16,547 nt of DNA from Amoeboradix gromovi X-113. Lineage: Eukaryota > Fungi > Sanchytriomycota. Where the stretch lies: the NCBI GenBank assembly GCA_018985225.1, contig JADGIF010000160.1:1-16547 (forward strand), written 5' to 3'. Positions 9,972-16,547 of the stretch are shown piece by piece. The notes under the pieces are model-generated. The model did no database searches, was not told the origin of the DNA, and saw only the letters and a list, made by a program, of their open reading frames with translations. Positions within the stretch are counted from its first letter, which is position 1, and the number at the start of each line of letters is the position of its first letter. Position numbers and translations under genes: made by a program.

Positions 9972-10351
9972 TTTCAGACTGGGAGCAAAAGGTTTCAAAT
10001 TGCATCAGAAGCTAGCATGCTGTTTAATTTGATAGAGAAGTCAGGTATTTTTTATTTCTAAGCTGAAAAATTCTGAAATGTCACTGAGACTATTTGTTTA
10101 GATCCAAAATATTGTTCAACATTCAAAATTAAGGCGTGGTAATCAATAACACTCTAAATTGCAGCAGTTATTTGTATACTCAATAGGCAATTGAAATTCT
10201 ATCTCTTGCTGTTCAAATCATCATTATCATGCAGTATTGATATACTTGTTTTAAAATTTATAAAGTGGTAATGCCAGTTTCAAGTAGCACTGAATTTAGC
10301 TATCAGCTAAAAGCGGAATTTGAGTTGTAAACGAACCCTATTTATTACTCG

Positions 10352-10461
10352 TCGTTAAAAGTCCTGATTTCCAAGAAAATCGAGAATTTCCACAGAGAAA
10401 TTACAATGCTAGATGCTCTGTTACAGTGAGTGCTCACGCCTTTACAACCCTGAGGCAGGAT
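10352..10461 (-). ncRNA. Candidate Fanzor2 omega-RNA scaffold / element right end
   Basis: Directly 3' of the Fanzor2 remnant; several short stems; sequence blocks shared with 14939-15011, which follows the second Fanzor2 remnant. Confidence 0.5.
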
Positions 10462-10467
10462 AAAATA

Positions 10468-10723
10468 AAATTGCAGATACTTGATGTATTTGTTCCTTGC
10501 TACCATATGGTCTCTAACACTTTTATATGATAGTTTTGCAGGTGTAGCTCTCCAAATTGAGTTTCTTTAGAGTACCACACCTCGTACATGTCTGACTAGT
10601 AAATGCTTCATTACATTCAACCATCGTCTTTCCTCTTTGTTTACACTTGAACTTCAAGCGTTCTTTGAATGTGTAATGGGACCTTGTGGCCATTAAAACA
10701 CATCTAATTCTTCCATGTTTGGA
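10468..10723 (-). pseudogene. Fanzor2 (IS607-TnpB-like) nuclease remnant, C-terminal part
   Basis: SHYTFKERLKFKCKQRGKTMVECNEAFTSQTCTRCGTLKKLNLESYTC, then a frameshift to VRDHMVARNKYIKYL (RD at 10515). Matches the Fanzor2/IS607 TnpB pattern SH.F+.RL..K / E..TS.TC..CG / RD...ARN. Confidence 0.88.
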
Positions 10724-10940
10724 TCAGTTCCTCAGTGTTGATGAATGTATGCTGTACCTGTTAATTATTTCTTTAGATTTGACATATTTAGGATTACATC
10801 CATTGATTCCATTTAACACTTGCGAAAATTAAGAACATCGAGCACTTCAGGTATTTGAAAAATCTGGATAAGTCATGCAACTTTATAAAAATACATACAA
10901 ATTCTCGATAATCGATTTATTCTACAAAACTAAATAGCTG

Positions 10941-11354
10941 TCAAGTTGTAATTTTTTTATTTTGACCGTATTTTCCAGATGTGTATGCAGCAGATAGAGA
11001 ATTAATTGCTTGTGCATCTTCCAGCATTTTGATGTACATCTGTGATAAGTTCTCGGTAGAGGTGATCGACTGTACATCTTTAGCCATTGATCGATCTATG
11101 CTTTCTCTAGCGCGTTTATACTTCTTCAATAAAGATTTATGTTCCCTCATTTTTCTATTCATAAACCACATACGGACAGGCTCCCTCTCAGTACCTCTCT
11201 TCAGTGCAAAATCACTAACTATTTTGGGTGAAATATTACCATGATGCATATCAAATAGTTCTTCAAAATAAGCAAAATCAGTTTCACAAAGTGAAGTTTT
11301 AAACTGCATCTTCTTCAGAGGTGCAGGATCATCCAAAAGACATGAAAGGTCCAT
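10941..11354 (-). CDS. Homeodomain transcription factor, 137 aa
   Basis: Helix-3 VRMWFMNRKMREHK (WFxNR) and helix-1 FEELF. Confidence 0.85.
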   Translation of the reverse strand: MDLSCLLDDPAPLKKMQFKTSLCETDFAYFEELFDMHHGNISPKIVSDFALKRGTEREPVRMWFMNRKMREHKSLLKKYKRARESIDRSMAKDVQSITSTENLSQMYIKMLEDAQAINSLSAAYTSGKYGQNKKITT

Positions 11355-11506
11355 TTAAATTCTAATGTTTCGAATTAAGGAGACGTTAAACCAATGATCA
11401 CATTTTATGAAAATGTAAGAGAATAAGAGAATATGTGATGGCATGAGAATCGATTCACATTTGGCATGAGTCGTGAGTTTGGAGACGTGTAATGTATGGG
11501 TGAAGC

Positions 11507-12196
11507 ATGGAGTCTTCATTCTTTAGATTCATAAATGAGCAATTGTATAGTAGTTCTTCCTTGAATGTAGACCTAAGTACTGCTAAGATGGAACTTTACC
11601 ACAAAGGATTTGCTTCTCAGTGTAAGTTGTGGGAGAAGGACCCGCTTTTCATTATTTACCAATTATTAAATTCTTTATTCAAAGCTAAAGTTGTATCAAT
11701 TGTTGATTTTGGGGCTGGCGAAGGCATACTTTCAAGTACTTTGTACCATTATAAATGCTTGGTTACTAAAGTAGACCACAAAACTGATGGCAAATATTTT
11801 AAAATCAAGCCAAATTTCAAGGCACGAATCAGCGCTTTTGATCTGTATCCTATAAATGACTTTGTTCAAGCCGGGAACTCTTTGAATTTACCTTTACCCT
11901 CTAGGAGCTGCCATGCTGCTGTGTTTTGTTTGTCGTTGATGGGAACTGATTATTCCAGTTTTTTAGTAGAAGCCAACAGAATACTAAAACAGAATGGGTT
12001 CGTTTTAATAGCAGAAGTCCAATCTCGTTTGGTGGGATGCAAGCTTGAATTTGTGAAATCTTGTAATGGATTAGGATGGAAATTAGTAAAGCAGCTCGAT
12101 GAATCGCATTTCTGCGTGTTTATATTTCAAAAATGCATGAAAGAAAAGGATTATTTGTTTCCGGAATTGCGACCATGTCTTTATAAGAAAAGATGA
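11507..12196 (+). CDS. RRP8: 25S rRNA adenine-N1 methyltransferase Rrp8
   Basis: FRFINEQLYS, YHKGFASQ..W..DP, DFGAGEG, AVFCLSLMGT, EANRIL, IAEVQSR and terminal LRPCLYKKR. Confidence 0.93.
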   Translation: MESSFFRFINEQLYSSSSLNVDLSTAKMELYHKGFASQCKLWEKDPLFIIYQLLNSLFKAKVVSIVDFGAGEGILSSTLYHYKCLVTKVDHKTDGKYFKIKPNFKARISAFDLYPINDFVQAGNSLNLPLPSRSCHAAVFCLSLMGTDYSSFLVEANRILKQNGFVLIAEVQSRLVGCKLEFVKSCNGLGWKLVKQLDESHFCVFIFQKCMKEKDYLFPELRPCLYKKR

Positions 12197-12205
12197 CCAT
12201 ATTTA

Positions 12206-12403
12206 CTAATTTAATCTCGTATACTTTCCCCAAATGTGAAGAATAAATACCGAACCAATAAATGCTAACGATAACACTAAAACTACTATAGGATCAACAG
12301 CGAATCCGCTTAAATCTTGTTCCTGAACGCTTTCTTGATTTGCTTGTTTCTTTTGACGCTTTCTTTGTCTTAGCTTGGCTGCTACTGCTGGCTGTTGAGA
12401 CAT
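12206..12403 (-). CDS. SEC61B: Protein translocon subunit Sec61-beta (Sbh1)
   Basis: LRQRK basic N-terminus; [28 protein letters not shown] tail anchor. Confidence 0.93.
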   Translation of the reverse strand: MSQQPAVAAKLRQRKRQKKQANQESVQEQDLSGFAVDPIVVLVLSLAFIGSVFILHIWGKYTRLN

Positions 12404-12813
12404 AAAAGTACTGTTAGAAGGGTCAAATCTGAAAATAGCATATTTTGCCTTGATTGTACAAAGCTGTTATGAAATTAAAGGAAATACGCACTGCAGTGTT
12501 GAAGATATCAAAGAGCCTAAATTCTTTCTGCACGCAATAATTAGATTGGTTCCGATACCTTGAGTGTTTTTACTCACACTTCTAAACAAAATGCACCTAC
12601 CCTACTGCAGTACATAGCCTATGATATACTTGATTTTAAGGGCAATTATTGCTTGAAAATAATTCATACACTAACTAGGGAAATTTTCGAGCCAAGGTTT
12701 AAAATAAATAGCAGTAAAGCAGCTTTCCTTCTTAAATTTTACTGTTAGTAATTCAACCATGCTACGAAGGTTCAAACTTGCATTCATGTTCTCCTTGTTA
12801 CAAAACCATTATA

Positions 12814-13156
12814 ATGATTCTTGCGTGCAAGTGGTCTGAATGTAACAAGGTTTTTGAAGACAGCAAGCAGTTACTCTTGCATCTCACTGAGGTACACGTA
12901 AATAAGCGGTTCTGCGGATGGGGAAAGTGCGAATACAAATGTGGTAGAATTTCCCAATTAGCTTCTCATGTGATTATACATGTACCTTATTATCCGTTCG
13001 TTTGCACAGCATGTGGAAAGCGTTTTAAAAGAAAGTATGATAGATGTATTCCTATTTAATGTAGCAAAGCATGTGAAAAGTATGCATGATAAAGATGTTT
13101 CCGATAAAGAAGCCAGGTCATCTAGAAAATCATCTATTGAATACGTCTTGAATTAA
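12814..13156 (+). CDS. Three-finger C2H2 zinc-finger protein, PacC/Rim101-like, 2 exons (12814-13045, 13065-13156), 107 aa
   Basis: CKWSEC..HLTEVH, CGWGKC..SHVIIHVP, CTACGKRFKRKYDRSKHVKSMH; the third finger is complete only after intron removal. Confidence 0.85.
13046..13064 (+). other. 19-nt spliceosomal intron (GTATTCCTATTTAATGTAG)
   Basis: GT...AG; excision supplies the two His ligands of finger 3. Confidence 0.88.
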
Positions 13157-13318
13157 AGCTAAAATTGGTCGCGCAGTATGGAGTCCAACTGAAGTTTGTT
13201 ATGCCGCAGTAGAAATTTTCTGCTATAAAGAGTTTTTAAACCCAGGTTGTTATTTTTTTAAACTTGAATCAAATAGCTTAGTTATTAATTTGAAGCATTC
13301 TTTTTTTGAAACCGGCTG

Positions 13319-14519
13319 ATGCTCACATTTCTCAAAAGACGATTACACTTGTACCAAAATAAAGATATGTTAGAATTCACTCATGACTTTTGTAAGAAAT
13401 ATTTATCTTTTGAGATGGTCAGCAAAATGGACAAGGCAAGTGAAATGGATCCTAATTTAATTAAGCATTTATTTGATAATGGATTCATGGGCCTAGAAAT
13501 TCCTGAAAAACATGGTGGGCAAGATCTTACTTTCACAAGCGCTATCACTGCTATTGACGTGTTTGCACAATATTGCCCCAGTGTTGCTGTGATGATGGAT
13601 GTTCAGAATACGCTAGTTATACCTATCTTTAAGAAATATGCTAGCGACAAGATCAAGGATGAATTCCTTCCCAAATTAGCAACATCATCCCTCGGAGCTT
13701 TTGGATTATCTGAACCAGGTAGCGGGAGCGACGCTTTTGCATTGAAAACCTCAGCCACTAAGCGAGGCGACTACTATATTATAAACGGTACAAAACTATG
13801 GATTACAAACGGCGCTGAAGCTGACATATTTTTAGTTTTTGCAAACGAGGATTTTCAAAAGGGATACAAAGGAATATCTTGCTTCGCTGTTCATAAAGAC
13901 CAAGGCATTAAAATCGTCAAAAAGGAAGATAAATTGGGTATTAGATCTTCTTCTACAGCCATGCTGGCTTTTGACGACTTGAAAATCCACAAATCTCAGC
14001 TTGTTGGAACTAGTGGCCATGGTTACAAGTACGCCATTGAGACTTTGAATGCTGGCAGAATCGGCATTGCCGCTCAGATGATTGGCATAGGTCTTGGTGC
14101 TTTAAATAATTCTATACCGTACACCACTCAGCGAACTCAATTTGGTAAACCCATTTGTGATTTTCAAGGCCTTCAGTTTCAGTTTGCTAATGCTTACTCA
14201 GACTATCTTCCAATTGCACAATTGACTTACAATGCTGCCCATATGTATGAACAAGGACAGGATGTTCAGATGATTGGTGCCGTTTGCAAGTTAAAAAGTG
14301 CTCAAATGGCAGAGTCGTTAGCTAGTCAAGCAATCGAGTGGGTCGGGGGTGTAGGCTTTACAAAAGATTTGGTGTTAGAGAAGTTTTATCGTGATGCCAA
14401 AATCGGTTCTATCTACGAGGGTATTTGTCTGTAATTTAGGAACTTCAAACATTCAGAGAGCTACAATTGCTAAGTTGATACTAAATGATATCAAGAGCCT
14501 AGGAAAAATTGACTCATAA
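13319..14519 (+). CDS. ACADSB: Short/branched-chain acyl-CoA dehydrogenase, 2 exons (13319-14420, 14440-14519), ~393 aa
   Basis: FGLSEPGSGSDAFALKT, NGTKLWITN, KEDKLGIRSSST, LNAGRIGIAAQM and EWVGGVGFTKD; splicing restores KIGSIYEGTSNIQ. Confidence 0.93.
14421..14439 (+). other. 19-nt spliceosomal intron (GTATTTGTCTGTAATTTAG)
   Basis: GT...AG; excision restores the catalytic IYEGTSNIQ motif. Confidence 0.92.
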
Positions 14520-14629
14520 TAAATTTAAGGATATTTATTTAATTCAATAAACCATTTATCGTGATTAAGTGAGCTATAAAGCTCCAATATGCTATCTTTG
14601 AATACTATTTATTAGCACAAAAACTCGAT

Positions 14630-14935
14630 GTTCTGCTTATCATCAATTGCAAATGGCCCAGATTGTCTCATTCTCAATGTTTTAAGCTTTGAAGTCTCAC
14701 CAAACACTATTGGCAATAGCCTTCTACACCGATAAAATGGTCTAAAATGAAACTGTTGTTGATACAAAAGAGAAAGGATTAGTTGAATGACATGATGCAT
14801 TACTGATCATAAATGACAAGGTGCGATGCCTGAAAGAAAGAAACATGGAGAAATAAGTGTATAATCTGACAATTGAAAGCAGAAAGAGAACAAATGGCAA
14901 CAAGGAACACAAACTTGAGGTTTATGCATCACGAT
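14630..14935 (+). pseudogene. Second, more decayed Fanzor2-like remnant
   Basis: With frameshifts reads LSFEVS, LLAIAFYTDK/GLK*NC, LVE*HDA/TDHK/TRCDA*KK and EREQMATRNTNLRFM. These are collinear with LMATRSHYTFKERLKFKC, MVECNEAFTSQTCTRCG and VRDHMVARNKYIKYL of the 10.5-kb copy. Confidence 0.7.
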
Positions 14936-14938
14936 TCA

Positions 14939-15011
14939 ATCCCGCCTCATGATAGTGGGAGCGTGGGCGACTGTCTTTGTCAACCTCTCTGTAACTCACG
15001 ACTTTAAGCGA
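14939..15011 (+). ncRNA. Candidate Fanzor2 omega-RNA scaffold / element right end (second copy)
   Basis: ATCCCGCCTCATGATAGTGGGAGCGTGGGCGACT vs ATCCTGCCTCAGGGTTGTAAAGGCGTGAGCACT (10461-10429). TCACGACTTTAAGCGA vs TCAGGACTTTTAACGA (10367-10352). Hairpin TCCCGC/GTGGGA. Confidence 0.5.
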
Positions 15012-15023
15012 GGCGACGTTGAG

Positions 15024-16316
15024 CTATAATTTAAATTGTACATTGCTTGATTCAATCCAGTCACGGTGGATAGTTATTTTGATGCGCTTGTTGCAAGTCT
15101 TTATATCACCATTTAGAAACATTGGGCCATTGATCAAACAATTTAATAAATTGACCTGAATAGGTAACATGCAATGTCCTTTGTATATGACAATCAATTC
15201 GTTCAGACAAGTAGCTGAGGCCATGTTGATGTATAGTTGTAGCAACTCATGGGGTAGATATAAATCCACATCTTCTACAATGAAAATTATTCGTCGTACA
15301 AAATAAAAATATTTTAAATCTTTTGGTAATATTTGAGGGTTACCAATAGGGAGAGCTTCAGCGAAAGTACTAATGCTGCTAGTAGAAGGGATGCTAAACT
15401 GACCCATAAATGATTTGTTTATGTAACACTGGTTGTAACCTATAATTAGACATTCCAGACAATGAATGGCTAATTTAGCAAGGCAATCATGATCAAACAC
15501 CATGCTAGTTCCTACTGCCTGAAATCCTAAAAGCTTAGGATGCTTCAGTGGATGTAAAACGGCATTCGAAATCTTCGCACAGTATGACACATTTATGTGC
15601 CAAAGGTAAGGTAAGGATAGGACTAAACTAACACCGTAGTTAGTGACTTTGCAATTAGATATGCTTAGCTTACTCAGAGAAAGGCAGTTTTTCGAAATTA
15701 TAGTTAATAGTTCGTCATCTACATCTTCGTTGGAATCTAAAATAAGCTCATAAATAGACTGCAGCTTCTTTTCCCAGATGTAGGATTTAAACCTAGGACC
15801 TATGCAACTAACGTCTATTAATACAATCCTTTTTAGATTAGGCAAAATTGAAAGGAAATCAACAAAGGCTTTTTCAGTGATACTGGTAAAACTCAAATCT
15901 ATCGAAGACAATGCATGGTAGATAATAGAATGCTTTAATTTATGATCACCATCCAGCATATAAATACATTGGTCATTCAAAAACCAACACTTGCTCAGAT
16001 TTAGTACAGTCAAATTAGGACATTGTTCGAGCAACAATTTAATCCAGTTGTTAGGTATGTTCTCAATGGTCTGACTCTCTAAAACATTCTCCAGACCCAA
16101 ATAATAAAGATAACTATGAACTCCAGAGCTTAGCCAGCCACTGAAATCTTCAAGATTTGTAAAGGTTAATTGACTAAATCTTTTCATGTACATTTTAGAT
16201 TTGAACTCTTTATTAACTAGAGTCCAGCTCAGATAATCACTGTGTGAAATGTAATTAAACAAAAGGTCAGCTACACAGACGCTATAAGCAGGAAGTGGAT
16301 CGAATTCTTGTTTCAT
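15024..16316 (-). CDS. F-box/leucine-rich repeat (FBXL-like) protein, 430 aa
   Basis: Degenerate N-terminal F-box (LFNYI...LVNKEF) and Cys-containing LRRs (CPNLTVLNLSKC, CLSLSKLSISNCKVT, INVSYCAKIS). Confidence 0.8.
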   Translation of the reverse strand: MKQEFDPLPAYSVCVADLLFNYISHSDYLSWTLVNKEFKSKMYMKRFSQLTFTNLEDFSGWLSSGVHSYLYYLGLENVLESQTIENIPNNWIKLLLEQCPNLTVLNLSKCWFLNDQCIYMLDGDHKLKHSIIYHALSSIDLSFTSITEKAFVDFLSILPNLKRIVLIDVSCIGPRFKSYIWEKKLQSIYELILDSNEDVDDELLTIISKNCLSLSKLSISNCKVTNYGVSLVLSLPYLWHINVSYCAKISNAVLHPLKHPKLLGFQAVGTSMVFDHDCLAKLAIHCLECLIIGYNQCYINKSFMGQFSIPSTSSISTFAEALPIGNPQILPKDLKYFYFVRRIIFIVEDVDLYLPHELLQLYINMASATCLNELIVIYKGHCMLPIQVNLLNCLINGPMFLNGDIKTCNKRIKITIHRDWIESSNVQFKL

Positions 16317-16323
16317 GGTAAAT

Positions 16324-16446
16324 ATGGGACACCAAATATAAAAACTAGACTAACTTGTTTTTAAGAAGGTGCACCATACGGAGGAATGCTATCATTAATA
16401 AAAGATCTTCTATTATACCAATTTTCTTTCATTGATTGTATTCCTC
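16324..16446 (-). ncRNA. Candidate omega-RNA scaffold overlapping the 3' end of the Fanzor ORF (copy B)
   Basis: Nested stems on the element strand: GAGGAAU/AUUCCUC enclosing AUCAAU/AUUGGU and UAAUAGAA/UUUUAUUA, then GCACC/GGUGU enclosing UAAAAAC/GUUUUUA. It ends at the homology breakpoint with copy A. Confidence 0.6.
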
Positions 16447-16546
16447 TTTTTAAAATAAAACTAGAAGACCCTACATCTCTTTCAAATATATGAGGTCTTT
16501 GAGCATCTAAGCAAAAGGTGCATTTTCTTAGACGGTACTCTTCTCT
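16361..16546 (-). mobile_element. Fanzor/TnpB-like nuclease ORF, C-terminal 61 codons (5' part outside window)
   Basis: Open frame REEYRLRKCTFCLDAQRPHIFERDVGSSSFILKRGIQSMKENWYNRRSFINDSIPPYGAPS*: second CxxC of the zinc ribbon followed by the RuvC-III RD motif. Confidence 0.78.
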
Positions 16547-16547
16547 A

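Noticed and set aside
11466-11506. Possible upstream RRP8 exon with a 17-nt intron
   Set aside because: The candidate ends in GAAG and lacks the TAAYKTAG consensus of the four validated introns.
12560-14800. Short ORFs 12560-12748, 13832-14020 and 14612-14800
   Set aside because: Non-ATG start or antisense to better-supported features; no motifs.
14786-14833. C/D box snoRNA-like motifs (ATGATG...CTGA...CTGA)
   Set aside because: Too short, imperfect box C, and the sequence is explained as decayed Fanzor2 coding sequence.
1-16547. CRISPR array, tRNA or rRNA genes; stop-codon reassignment
   Set aside because: No regularly spaced repeats or RNA-gene signatures seen; internal stops in real genes are all explained by tiny introns.

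Overview
AT-rich, very compact eukaryotic genomic segment; gene content suggests an early-diverging fungus or relative (inference). Host genes are EMC4, EFM7/NNT1, a hypothetical protein, an ODC-type mitochondrial carrier, POL12, a class I PITP, a homeodomain protein, RRP8, Sec61-beta, a minimal PacC/Rim101-like zinc finger, an acyl-CoA dehydrogenase and an F-box/LRR-like protein, plus a paralogous pair of ~60-aa microproteins. Four genes carry 19-21-nt GT-AG introns with a fused branch point/3' splice site (TAAYKTAG). Most larger intergenic gaps hold remains of Fanzor (eukaryotic TnpB-like RNA-guided nuclease) elements, largely missed by the ORF track. The right edge has an open Fanzor C-terminus followed by a structured candidate omega-RNA. 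Its right end recurs near-identically, inverted, at 1-91, which defines the element/guide boundary. Several decayed Fanzor1-like and Fanzor2-like copies are also present, and two Fanzor2-like copies share a conserved non-coding 3' block. All calls are from manual translation and motif recognition; no searches were run.
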